DNA of 41,180 nt from Candidatus Micrarchaeota archaeon (GCA_029557835.1 JAKQHW010000067.1:1-41180), one strand, 5' to 3'; shown: positions 9,114 through 19,900, counted from the first letter of the stretch. Translations and numbers: made by a program. Notes: generated from the letters alone by a model not told the origin.

Positions 9114-10534
9114 GACGGATGCCGTTCGCATTGCTGGCGTTGCTTTTCCTCATCCCAGCCTCTTTCAGCGACGGTCCGCTGTATATGACCGGATGCTGCC
9201 CTGATGAGGCCCTGGGGGCCGGGGCGGCCCCGGACCAGGTTATTGCTTATGCCTCCCAGCGGCTGGATGTCTGCAACCCGGACGGAACTGCAAGAATATC
9301 CTGCGTTGTTGAAGAGACCATGCATGGTGGAACAGGCTGTTGCCTCCCTTACGGAGGATTGGATACAGATGGAGATAGGATCGAATATGCGAGGGCGAAC
9401 CCAGGGGATTGCGGAACCTGGCCTTATGACCCGGTAATAACCCCTTGCACGGTTGAAAGGCCGGGCGGGGACATCATGCCCGGCTCTGAAACCCCTGCCC
9501 CGACCAGAACGCCCGGCCCGCCCCCGCCGGATTGGGTTCCCATTGCCCTGCTCGCCGCGCTAACCGGGCTTGGGGTGCTGATGATATTCTACCTATTGAG
9601 CTACCTCGTGGACGCGGAACACATGCGCGCAATGGCCACCAGCGAGATGTGGCAGGTGTTCATAACCGCGGTAATGATTGCGGGCTTTGTGGGGGCGGAC
9701 GCATTTGCAGGGGAGGTGGTGGCCCCGGCGTTCGGTGAGGCGTTCCTTCCCCCGGGCGAGGAGAGCATGAAGCACACCGAATACGCGGTAATATTCACGG
9801 AAGAGATGGCGGATTACCAGTGGGGCATGCTCAAGGATTTCACGAACAAGGTGGTGGTGCCGATGGGGAGCCTCTCCGCCCTGAACGGGAACTGCTGGCT
9901 TTTCGGGGTGGCGTTCTCGTTCTCAGGCTGCTCCAGCATAAACGTGCCGTTCTCCTCGGCATCGCTTGCGGCGCGGACGATGTCGGTCGCTGTGCTGGCG
10001 CTCAACTCGCAGCTTGTGCTGCTGAAGGTTGCGTCCGGCTTCTTCTTCCCGGTCCTGCTGCCGATAGGGCTGTTCCTCAGGACGTTCCACGTGACGAGGG
10101 GCACGGGCGGCTTCCTGATAGCATTTGCGATATCATTCTATTTCGTTTATCCGCTCGGGGTGCTCATAACCCAGGGGTTCTACGACAGCGTGGGGGTCGG
10201 GGAGCCGGAATTCCCGGATATAAACGCCGTGACTGCGGCTGAGAGCTGGGCAGTAGAAACAATGGTTTCCACGTTCGACGTGCCTGCGGAGTGCGACCCC
10301 TTCAAGACATATGATTATCCGGAGACGGATGAGTTTGAGGGATATGGGTATACGCAAAAGCAGATAAACAGGCTGCTCAAAGAGGAGTTGGTGGACCGGC
10401 TGCTGTACATATTCATGATCGGAGGGGTGTTCACGCCCGCGCTGAACGTGTTGATTGCGCTCTCGGTCATAAGGCCTCTTGCAAGAGTCTTCGGGACGGA
10501 AGTGGACGTTTCCGCCCTCGCGAGGATTTCATAG
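9110..10534 (+). CDS. Polytopic membrane protein, paralog 4 of 6 (CedA/VirB6-like) with N-terminal Cys/Pro-rich extracellular domain
   Basis: ATGA overlap; signal peptide; GCC..GCC domain and PAPTRTPGPPPP linker; motif A HMRAMATSEMWQV; motif B LLPIGLFLRTFHVTRGTGGFLIAFAISFYFVYP; C-terminal LARVFGTEVDVSALARI. Confidence 0.72.
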   Translation: MRRMPFALLALLFLIPASFSDGPLYMTGCCPDEALGAGAAPDQVIAYASQRLDVCNPDGTARISCVVEETMHGGTGCCLPYGGLDTDGDRIEYARANPGDCGTWPYDPVITPCTVERPGGDIMPGSETPAPTRTPGPPPPDWVPIALLAALTGLGVLMIFYLLSYLVDAEHMRAMATSEMWQVFITAVMIAGFVGADAFAGEVVAPAFGEAFLPPGEESMKHTEYAVIFTEEMADYQWGMLKDFTNKVVVPMGSLSALNGNCWLFGVAFSFSGCSSINVPFSSASLAARTMSVAVLALNSQLVLLKVASGFFFPVLLPIGLFLRTFHVTRGTGGFLIAFAISFYFVYPLGVLITQGFYDSVGVGEPEFPDINAVTAAESWAVETMVSTFDVPAECDPFKTYDYPETDEFEGYGYTQKQINRLLKEELVDRLLYIFMIGGVFTPALNVLIALSVIRPLARVFGTEVDVSALARIS

Positions 10535-10542
10535 GTGTTTGG

Positions 10543-11670
10543 ATGGTTTGCCCTGACATAGGATGGGTGTATTCCCTTTCCCTGCTTTCGCTGGGGGTGA
10601 CTGCGATGGTGGTGGGGTTGGCCTATGCCCTGGGGCAGGTGCTGAACAATCCGCAGTTCAACGTGTGGGCGAAGACGGAGATATACCAGGTTTTCGTATC
10701 GTTCTTCATAGTGATTCTGGTGCTTTTCGTGCACGACTCGTTCTGCAGCTTCAGATATTCCGACCTGGCGGGGCTTGCCGGGGGAGGGCAGGAATATGCG
10801 CATCCGGAGATAGGGGCGGATGACAACATGATGGATTCCGCGGGCAAATACCTCGCCAACGTGGGCCATTTCATAAAAACCGAGATGAGGGCCGCGCGCG
10901 CACTCTACGGGGTTGCGGAGGAGGCCTCCAGGTATTCGCGCACCCCTTGCATGCCTGCCATAACATTCTGCCTTTACGGGACGAGCGGGTACAGCGTAAG
11001 GCCGTACCAGGGGCTCAGCAGCTGGGTACAGGTGCTAGGCACTTCCCTTTATACCGATACTGCGTCGTACCTGACCGTGCTGATACAGATGGCGCTTCTC
11101 GCATTCATTTCCGGAGGGGGGATAATGGCGTACCTTCCTTTTGCGATTATAATAAGGTCCCTCCCCATGATGAGGCAGTTCGGGGGAGGGCTGCTCGCCA
11201 TCTGCATAGCCCTGTTCATAATATATCCTGCGCTTCTGGTCGCGGAATCTCTTTTCTGGAATCCATACAATATGCTTGGGGATGCGGGCTGGGGGACGCT
11301 GGTGGACGCGGCGGACGGGATAAGCAGGGGATTCCAGTATGTGCCTCCGCTGGAAGCCGGGGGGGCGCTTGCGCTGGCGATGACGCTTGCGAGCGCTCTT
11401 TCGGTCGTAGACATCGCGGCAGCGATAGGGGTTGCCGCATCCGCTGGGATAGTGAGCCTCGCGGTGATGATACACGGGCTTACTGATGTTTGGACGCTGA
11501 GTGAACTGGAAAAGGCGGTGGGGATCAGCATGCAGGCGGCTTCGATATCCTTCCTTAGCGCCACTTTCCTGTTCTCATTGAACATAATCGCCATAGGCGC
11601 GTCTGCGAGGGAACTTGGGAGGCTTTTGGGCCAGGAGGTCGACCTGAGCAGGCTGATGCAGGTGATCTGA
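10543..11670 (+). CDS. Polytopic membrane protein, paralog 5 of 6 (CedA/VirB6-like)
   Basis: AGGTG RBS; motif A LAYALGQVLNNPQFNVWAKTEIYQV; motif B YLPFAIIIRSLPMMRQFGGGLLAICIALFIIYP; C-terminal LGRLLGQEVDLSRLMQVI. Confidence 0.72.
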   Translation: MVCPDIGWVYSLSLLSLGVTAMVVGLAYALGQVLNNPQFNVWAKTEIYQVFVSFFIVILVLFVHDSFCSFRYSDLAGLAGGGQEYAHPEIGADDNMMDSAGKYLANVGHFIKTEMRAARALYGVAEEASRYSRTPCMPAITFCLYGTSGYSVRPYQGLSSWVQVLGTSLYTDTASYLTVLIQMALLAFISGGGIMAYLPFAIIIRSLPMMRQFGGGLLAICIALFIIYPALLVAESLFWNPYNMLGDAGWGTLVDAADGISRGFQYVPPLEAGGALALAMTLASALSVVDIAAAIGVAASAGIVSLAVMIHGLTDVWTLSELEKAVGISMQAASISFLSATFLFSLNIIAIGASARELGRLLGQEVDLSRLMQVI

Positions 11671-12683
11671 TGGCCGGGGAGGATATTTTCAGCACGGTTT
11701 TCACCGGTTGGGGAGGGGGCGGTTTCTGGTTCGTGAACTCCCTCATGGCAATCCTGATAACCGCCATAATAATGGGCACCCTCTATGCGGTAGCGACCGC
11801 TTTCAATTTCGCTGGGCTAAAAAGGTATTCCGTATCCGAGTTCATGCAGCTTGCGGCCACCGCCATCATGGTCATATTCCTCGTATCCATGATAGATGGG
11901 GGGCAGCAGCTGTTCATACACACTTTTGGGAGCGGCACGATAACGTGCGGGGACAGGCAGGTTGCGGACCCGCTGGACGCCGCGATGTGCAGGGCCGGGG
12001 AGCGGCTGGAATATTTCAACAGCATGTTCTACAGCATAAAGGACAGCGACGAACTGTACGAGAAGGAACTCGAATACTACTCATCCCTGTCCATGATAGG
12101 GATAATGTTCTGGCAGGGCAACTGGAACGCTGATACGCACAAATACGTGGAAACCGCCCATGCGATAGAATACAAGATAGTTTCGCTGCTTATTTCGCTG
12201 AACAGCCAGATGTTCGTGCTCAAGTACATAAGCGAGAACATGCTGGCGTTCTTCCTTCCGTTGGGGATAGTGCTGAGGACGCTGCATTTCACACGGGGGA
12301 TAGGCGCTTTCTTCATAGCGCTGGCCATAAGCTTCTATTTCATATATCCAGGGATACTGTTCCTGCTTGACCAGTCGCATGTTACCGCGCCCCCATCCTC
12401 CATCCCACCCTCCACGATGAACAGGGAGAACTTGTGCAACATACCTGTGTTCACGGGATTCTCCTTGGGCTCCGTGGCGGTTAGCGGGCAGGGGACCAGG
12501 GCGGCTGCGGCGCTCTCGATAAGCAGCGGCAACCTCGCATCCTTCATATCGCAGACTTTCGTGCGGCTTTTATATGAGAACATGGTCGCGTTTGCGATAG
12601 CGGTGACGTTCATGAGGTACGGGGCCACGCTACTGGGCGGGGAAAGCGGAATTTTCCTGCAGATGATGGCTAGGTGGGTATGA
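11670..12683 (+). CDS. Polytopic membrane protein, paralog 6 of 6 (CedA/VirB6-like)
   Basis: TGATG overlap; motif A TLYAVATAFNFAGLKRYSVSEFMQL; motif B FLPLGIVLRTLHFTRGIGAFFIALAISFYFIYP; C-terminal GATLLGGE..MMARWV. Confidence 0.72.
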   Translation: MAGEDIFSTVFTGWGGGGFWFVNSLMAILITAIIMGTLYAVATAFNFAGLKRYSVSEFMQLAATAIMVIFLVSMIDGGQQLFIHTFGSGTITCGDRQVADPLDAAMCRAGERLEYFNSMFYSIKDSDELYEKELEYYSSLSMIGIMFWQGNWNADTHKYVETAHAIEYKIVSLLISLNSQMFVLKYISENMLAFFLPLGIVLRTLHFTRGIGAFFIALAISFYFIYPGILFLLDQSHVTAPPSSIPPSTMNRENLCNIPVFTGFSLGSVAVSGQGTRAAAALSISSGNLASFISQTFVRLLYENMVAFAIAVTFMRYGATLLGGESGIFLQMMARWV

Positions 12684-15600
12684 TGAGGGGGATTTTGATT
12701 GCGTTTGCCGGGATTGCCCTGCTTTTCATGGGGTGCGCCGCACCGCAGCCCGTGCTCTACAACTGCTGCAAATACGACAATGCGAGCGGCGATGGGACAT
12801 GCGTGACCGCGAACGGGACCGTGTATGAAACCAACTCCTGCAGCGTCTTGAACATGACCTGCGAGGTTGTTTCCGGGGAAAGCCACATGGCTTCCATGGT
12901 GGGGGGGAGGGAGATCCGTATTCCGATAGAAGTCACAGAAACCCTGCCTATCTGCCCCCGTTCCGAACTGCTCCAATGCAACAGCAGCTGCGTGGGGATG
13001 TTCTGCGGCTCGTTCGAGTTCGACCCCAGGCCGCCGATAGGCATGGATGTTGAGGATTTGGATAAGAAGAAGGATAAGAATCCGAAGGACGTGGACGCGT
13101 CGCAATACGGGGGGATGGACCGGGGCGGCGCAATGGGCCTGTATAAGGGAGAATGCAGGATTCTAGACATGGCGCCCGCTACGATACGGGCCGCAGGCAA
13201 CACCAACGGCGGCTTTGCACTCAACTCCTTCAGGTTCGGGGTGGGAAGCTCGTTTGCGGAATTCGACGAGGCGGTGATGTACTATCCGCTCACGGACTTC
13301 GGATGCGGCGCAAATCCATCCGGCACTAAGGACAGGTATGTTAATTACATGATCCCCAACCTCGGGCCCGGAGGGGCTGGGGAGCTTTGCAGGGAGGAGG
13401 GGATGTTCCTCAGCCCGTGGGGGGACGAGTACAAAAGGTACACGTGCACCCTTGACGAAACTATAAGGAGCTATTCGTACCAGGATTGCGCAATCAGGTG
13501 CTCGCTCCATTATTATGGGGATGTGCCTGCGGTGGACCCGTACGGGGCATATCCCACAGAGAGAAACGGCGTGATTGCGGGAAGCCCGTTCGCATACGGC
13601 GGGCCGGGCCAGGGGTATTCCATAAGGGAGGTTTCCGCAATACACTATAATTGGGAAAAGGAATTCAAGAGGTATGTGGGGTATAGGAGCTTCGGGGCCA
13701 TTGCGGACGAGTATCCTCTGGGATATAATTATTACGGGGCGGAATTTGAGAAAAACGCGTATCCAATGAGCGATTTCCGTGGGTATATAGACCAGATAAT
13801 AATTGCGAGAGGCAGGCCCGCGACAAGCGAAAAGGAGATCATGGACTACTACGGCGGGGAAGAAGCGGATTTGGTGATTGCCAAATGGATAGGCGCGGAC
13901 AGCAGCGACGATGTGATAGCGAACCTGATGACCGTGGAAAGGGACCCGCACATGCTCTACTCATACATGTTGTCACACCATTCCGTCTATGCGAAACAGT
14001 TCAGGGAAGGGCATTACGACGAGGAGGGGAGATGGGCGCCTGGCGCGGAGTTCGAATGCACCCTGGAAGGGATGGACTGCCTCTCCGGATACTGCAACAC
14101 ATGGGACTACAAGCGCGGGGCATGCATTACCACTGAGGGGGGGGAGGTGCAATGCGACTGCCATTATGACTATCTCCAAGCAACCGTCGTATGCGATGGG
14201 CGGCTGCCGTACGAGGCGAGGGCGTTCGACAATCCGGGGAAGAGGATCAATGTGAGCGCAACCCTCGGATCTATTGTCAAAACGGTGTCTGGGGGTGGAG
14301 TAAGGAGCATGCCTTCCAAAGGGAAGACGTTCAACTGGAATCCGGATGAGATGTACAGCGAACTGTTCGATAGATACGGCGGTAGTCCGGGGGACACCAA
14401 CCGGCAGATGCTCGTGATGCTGCTCGGAGGGGAGCAGACTCCGGATTTCAATGCCTTTGAATATAGAGAAGGCATTGATGACACAAGGCAAGCCCTCACC
14501 ATATGGCAGGTGCTGTCAAGGGAAAAATGGGCCGGGTGTTCGGAGTACCATGATTGCGGCAAATTTTACACCACGTTCGTCCAGGCATGCATGCCATCGT
14601 TCCCTGATGAGGCATATGCTGGGCATATGTTTGCAGTGTGTTACAGAGTACCAATAGGCGGCATAATCGGGCAAACCATCGATCCGGCTACAGGGCGAAT
14701 AACGAACCATACCGAAGGGTCTTCTATGCGAGGCATTTGTCACGCAGTCCTTTCTGACGAAGAACGGAGCACCGAATCCTACGGGGGCGTGGACAAGAAC
14801 GAAAAGACTAATTATGACCAGTTCTGCTATTCAAGGGACTCGGAGGGAGAATGCGTGGGGGTGGCCAACGCCGCACTGGTGATAATGAGCCGGTCCGTGA
14901 CCTATGAGGTGAACGGAGATGTGAGGGAAGGGCTTGCGTTCGGCAACTGCCTGCTGGAGAACGAAGAGCTGAAGATTAAGGAATACGGATACTGCGAGCA
15001 GTGCAGCTATCTGACCATGGCGAAGGAAACCGTTGTGCCGCTTCCCGAGGACAAGGCAAATCCGGGGTATGAGGGCAGGGAAAACAGGAAGGACAACAAG
15101 TATTGCCCGTCCCTGCTCGTTAAGAGCATAATCCCGCCAAGTCAAAAGGAATACCTGGTGCTCTCGTACGGTGGGCAGTTCGGGGAATGGGAATCGGGGG
15201 GGGTGCACCGCGCGGAGGAGAAGTTCGGGGAATACAGCGAATGCGAAATGCCGGACGGGAGCGAGGTGGGGAGGCAGGACGCGTGGCCGGACTATCTTCC
15301 CGATGCTTATTACCTAAAAACAAAATTGCAGGATTACATGCAGAGGAACGTGATGCCCATCCTGTTCGCGGACGATGAGGGGCTTTATCGGATTGAGACG
15401 AGCGATGGGAGGGACATGCTCAAGGTAGTTGTAGGGGGGGGCGGGAGCGTTGATGATGGCAAGACAACCCACCCTTACCTTGCAAATGTGGCTGAGAAGC
15501 GGGTTTCCCTGCTGGAGAAGGCGTTCAGGACCGGAGATGGCGGTTATGGGACGGTCGGCACGTATCTCGCGGATTCAGTGAGGAACCTCGGGGCGGGAAT

Positions 15601-16918
15601 AATAGTGGTTAGGAATCTGGAAGCCGGAGACATGGGGAGCTATGGGGGGAGCCCGGGATGGCGGAAGATAGATGCGTATCTGCACCTGAGGGGCAATGCC
15701 GTGGGCCTGCTCTGCCCCAATTGCATGGTCGCGGTTAGCGCCGGCTACGGGGCTGAGGGCGCTTCACACCTGACTAAGATGGCGCATGTTTCGCAGATGT
15801 TTGATTACAGGGACCCTGGCGGGGCGCCCCTCTGGGATGATTATTCCGCGAATCTCTCCTGCATCAATGGGGAGGCGGCTTGCAGCCCGATGCACAGCGA
15901 CATATTGGAGAAGGTGGATGTGATCGCCACCAAGTGGGAACTCGGCACGCACAACTCACACTGCGGCATTGATGATGAAAAAGAGAGGTTTGAGGCGATA
16001 CTTGCGGATGAAATGGAATTCGGGTCAAAGATGCTGAGGAGGTTCGGGAAACCGACTGTTGTCACGGACTTTTCCATAAGGAGGAACGCACCAGGGAGTT
16101 GCTGGGATGAGGGGAGCGCCACCAGGTTCATGTCCTTCCTCGGGGAGCGGGCGGATGACCTTGTTCGGAGCGGGCACATCGGCATCATTTACGGTGACTG
16201 GACTTATGCGCATTCAGGGTCCGCAGGGACCAAATACATAAGAACTGCGGAAAGCGGCGTTTCCGGGTACAGGAGCGAGTTCTTCGGAGGGACGCTTGCG
16301 GCCGCAAGGGGCTTCTCAGGTTTTGGGAAGCTCACGTCAATAGCAGAAGTGGTTGTGGCTGAGAATTGCGAATGCGTTCCTTGCTCGGCTGGTGACCCCG
16401 CGGAGATTTGCACGGGGAGGTTCGGTGGGACCGGCCCGGTATGCGACACTTCCCGCAGCGGCACCGTTATGGTGAAGTGGCCGGAAACCTGCATAACGGA
16501 AAACGTGTGCATGCCTCCCGGTGAGATGTCCACGTATAGGATGGTCTGCGACTTTGAGATTGGCGGGGAGAAGACAACGATAAGCATTGATGGCGCTGAA
16601 GTGGAGGCGAACCCCGGGCTGTACAAGCAGATGATTGCATCCCTCGGGGAAAGTTCGCAGCTGCCCTGTTTCTCGGGCAAGAGCTACAGGAGGCAGGAGA
16701 TTGCCATGTTCACTTCCTACCCGATATTGTACCGGGATGATGGAAACCTCAGCTACAGCTGCAACCCGCTCTCGATTGCCCAAGGCGAGCTGTGCGGCCC
16801 GGTTCCGCAGCTTGATTTAGGGAAGATGGAGTGCCGCCTCCAAACGAAATTCGCGGACGGTGTGCCTGGAGGGGTGCCGGAGCCGGGTGGGGGGCCATTC
16901 CCTTTCGGGACAGGATAG
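12680..16918 (+). CDS. Giant Cys-rich surface lipoprotein with a putative glycoside-hydrolase-like (beta/alpha)8 domain
   Basis: ATGA overlap and GGTGG RBS; lipobox-like ALLFMGC; dozens of Cys; segment ~15290-16330 with NVMPILF, CPNCMVAVS, VDVIA, FGKPTVVTDF, IGIIYGDW. Confidence 0.7.
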   Translation: MMRGILIAFAGIALLFMGCAAPQPVLYNCCKYDNASGDGTCVTANGTVYETNSCSVLNMTCEVVSGESHMASMVGGREIRIPIEVTETLPICPRSELLQCNSSCVGMFCGSFEFDPRPPIGMDVEDLDKKKDKNPKDVDASQYGGMDRGGAMGLYKGECRILDMAPATIRAAGNTNGGFALNSFRFGVGSSFAEFDEAVMYYPLTDFGCGANPSGTKDRYVNYMIPNLGPGGAGELCREEGMFLSPWGDEYKRYTCTLDETIRSYSYQDCAIRCSLHYYGDVPAVDPYGAYPTERNGVIAGSPFAYGGPGQGYSIREVSAIHYNWEKEFKRYVGYRSFGAIADEYPLGYNYYGAEFEKNAYPMSDFRGYIDQIIIARGRPATSEKEIMDYYGGEEADLVIAKWIGADSSDDVIANLMTVERDPHMLYSYMLSHHSVYAKQFREGHYDEEGRWAPGAEFECTLEGMDCLSGYCNTWDYKRGACITTEGGEVQCDCHYDYLQATVVCDGRLPYEARAFDNPGKRINVSATLGSIVKTVSGGGVRSMPSKGKTFNWNPDEMYSELFDRYGGSPGDTNRQMLVMLLGGEQTPDFNAFEYREGIDDTRQALTIWQVLSREKWAGCSEYHDCGKFYTTFVQACMPSFPDEAYAGHMFAVCYRVPIGGIIGQTIDPATGRITNHTEGSSMRGICHAVLSDEERSTESYGGVDKNEKTNYDQFCYSRDSEGECVGVANAALVIMSRSVTYEVNGDVREGLAFGNCLLENEELKIKEYGYCEQCSYLTMAKETVVPLPEDKANPGYEGRENRKDNKYCPSLLVKSIIPPSQKEYLVLSYGGQFGEWESGGVHRAEEKFGEYSECEMPDGSEVGRQDAWPDYLPDAYYLKTKLQDYMQRNVMPILFADDEGLYRIETSDGRDMLKVVVGGGGSVDDGKTTHPYLANVAEKRVSLLEKAFRTGDGGYGTVGTYLADSVRNLGAGIIVVRNLEAGDMGSYGGSPGWRKIDAYLHLRGNAVGLLCPNCMVAVSAGYGAEGASHLTKMAHVSQMFDYRDPGGAPLWDDYSANLSCINGEAACSPMHSDILEKVDVIATKWELGTHNSHCGIDDEKERFEAILADEMEFGSKMLRRFGKPTVVTDFSIRRNAPGSCWDEGSATRFMSFLGERADDLVRSGHIGIIYGDWTYAHSGSAGTKYIRTAESGVSGYRSEFFGGTLAAARGFSGFGKLTSIAEVVVAENCECVPCSAGDPAEICTGRFGGTGPVCDTSRSGTVMVKWPETCITENVCMPPGEMSTYRMVCDFEIGGEKTTISIDGAEVEANPGLYKQMIASLGESSQLPCFSGKSYRRQEIAMFTSYPILYRDDGNLSYSCNPLSIAQGELCGPVPQLDLGKMECRLQTKFADGVPGGVPEPGGGPFPFGTG

Positions 16919-16951
16919 AATTTTTAAGGTGAGCATGTGGAAAATGGAGGC

Positions 16952-19900
16952 ATGAAGGCGGTGCTGCTCGCGGTCGCTGTGCTGTTCGCCGCAGCGTTCA
17001 CGCTCGGGCCGGACATCGGAGGGGGGATTGTGAGGCCTGAGGGCATCCCCACCGCCACCGGAATAAGCGGTCCGGATATAGGGATAATCGGGGGGTATCC
17101 CATGCTCTTTCCCAGCGGGGCGTGCCCATCCTGCAGCGTGTTCACCGACAGACCATTCATAGCGTCCTCCATAAATGAAGATGAGAAAACCATATACAGC
17201 AGCATGGGCGTGATAACCCCCTCAGGGGTTAGTCCGGTTGAGGATGCGACGCTCTTCGTCTATCTGGTGAAGCCGGACGGGACGGTTTCAAAAAGGTGCA
17301 GGGCATATACCAGCGATAAGGGGGAAATTTCATATTCGTACGGGAGCCTTTGCGACGATGGTTGCACGATAAAGGTGCTTTTCTGCTGCTCGGACCCGGT
17401 CGAGTTGGCTTGCGTGCTGTCCTCCTGCCTGGGGGAGCCGATAGGCTCCCATTTGGAGTTCCCTCCCTGCGACGGGTATGACGCCGGGGGCTGGCCAGAG
17501 AAGGCGGTTGTCGGGGGGCAGGCAATGCAGCTTTATCCCACTGTGGACGAGGTCTTCATCCCCCCGAGGCTCGTGCCCGAGGGGCTCGGGTTCACGTTCA
17601 CCCTCTGTTTCCCGGTTCTTGCGATATTCGGCCTGCTTGGCGCGGCGATGTACGCATCCGGAAGGGACCCGTTCGCGATGTTTTCATTCTATACCCCGAG
17701 GTTTACGCGCGGGGCGGAGAAGCCGATTGCGGGGAAAGGATATACGCTCCCCGGGTCCTCTTTGGGGATGCTCGCCACTAGAGTTGCTGATTTGGCAAAG
17801 GATGCTGGGGGAACCGCACAGCAATTTGTGGATATGATGAAGAAGAGCCCGCTGCTGGAAAAAACCTCCGGAAGGGTGGGCATGGCTGCGGGCAGCGGAA
17901 GGGGAAGCGCCGGCCAGGACCAGGGCATGACTGCCGGGGAGGCCCGTGCGATGGGGATGCCGGTTGTTGGGGGTTTTGGCTCTGGTGCGCCGCAAAGCGT
18001 TATGCGCGGAAGCGGAGACGCGGTTGGCGTAGGGGTCGGGACTGCATTCATGGCCCTGCTCGGCATATTCCTGCGCTTTTCGAACGCACCGTGGCTGACT
18101 GGGGGGCTGGCGACCGCGGTGAACGGCCTGGTTTCGGAATGGCAGGCAGAGCGGCTTGCGGGTTTTGCAGGAACCGCGGAAAAAATAATGGAGACCATGA
18201 AGCCCACGTTCAATCAACGGGGGGAACTGGTGCGGATAGAGTATACGGACCCTGAGACGGGCGAAAGGGTCACGATAAGCGGGAAGGAGAAATGCGCTGA
18301 ATTCGTACGGCTGAACCTGGTGGAGCCTACAATGGCGATGTATTCTGCGAATGCAGAAAAAGCAATAGGAATGATGGCTCAATTGAACGAGCTGACTGTT
18401 GCGCAGAGCCCGGTCCGGGGCTGCAGGGACATGCTGGCTGCTGAGAGCGGGCGGGAGGGGATTTCCGAAGAAGCCAAGGCGGCGCTGCGCATCATATCCG
18501 ACTCAAACGCTACGAACGCGCAGCGCAGAGATGCATTCGAAGCCCTGGCAGGCATGGACTGGAGCGGTAGGCCGGACGTCCTATTGAACGCGCTTGCCGC
18601 GGTTGGGGCCGGGATGAGCTATTCGCAGTTTTCACATTTCCTGCAGGGCAGCGAGGCTGCGATGGACGTTTTCAGGAACCTTGCGGCCGATGCCGCGGCA
18701 TTGAAGGGAAGCGGGGACGGGAACATGCTTGCGGCTATGTCTGCGGCGGCAGGAGTGCTCTCCATGCTGAACGCCGGGAGGCCGGAAGGCGTCTCGGATA
18801 CCCGCGGAATCGCGCAGGTGGTGGCCGCGATTAGGGAGGGCGTTGCGAACTGCGGGGGGGAATCTTTCGCATTCAGGGCAGGGACGGAAATAGTCGCGGC
18901 GAACATGGCTGGGATGGGGCTTTCCACGGCCGCGCTGGGCGTCGCGATTGATGTGAGCGGGCTCAACCTAACTAATGTGCCGCCCCAGGTGCGCGCGGAA
19001 ATAGAGAAGGCGCTGGAGGACGGAAGGGTCACCGTTGCGGAACTTGGGAACGAGGCGAGGGAGGCCATAGTGCAGATCGCAACGAGCCAGTTGGGGGATG
19101 GGGCCGCCCGCGGATTTAGCGAAGCGTTTGGCGATTATGACCAGCTGAGCAGGCAATCCTACGGCATCATGAGAAGGGAGATGGATGGTGTTTTTGAGCA
19201 GGCGAGGGAGGCCAGCGGGGTCTCTGGGGTGCTCGGGCCCGATGGGGAGCTTGCGGGCGAGAACAGGCCATATGGGCTGGACAGCGACAAGGCGCTCGCG
19301 CTGCTTGGGCAGAATAATATAGATGCGGGGATTGCCAGGGCGATGGTTGAATTCGGGCTCCTGGACGAGAGGCGGGAGTATGCCGGAAATCTTCTCGGAA
19401 TCGCCCGCATGCTCGAAGAACCGCGCCCGGAGGAGCGCATATCTGCAATGGCGGCCAACAACGAGTCCCGGGCATCGGGCATGGAGGCGCATGCTGCATC
19501 CATAGACAACGCGATGGCGATTCTTGGAAGCCCGCTTTCATCCGAAGCGAGCAGGGCTTGGGCAGAGAGATATCTTGGGTCAGAACTTCAAGGGGAATTC
19601 TATAGAGCACGGCAGACTCTTTCCAACCCAAATGCTTCGGAGGATGATTTGGCACGGGCAAGGAGGGCAATGGAACTCATAGGGAATGGGGATATTGCCG
19701 GGTATTCCCGGCTGGTCTTGGATGATTCAGAACGGATACGCGCTGAACAGCCGCGCCTGGATGCGGCAAGAGATTTGTTGACAAATCCAACCCAGGATAA
19801 CGCATTGGCATATTCCCAGAATGCAGGCCAAAGCACACCTGCCGACAGGTTGGCTCCGCTTCCGGAACAGGTGGTGGAGAGGCTCACTGGCGATACCCAG

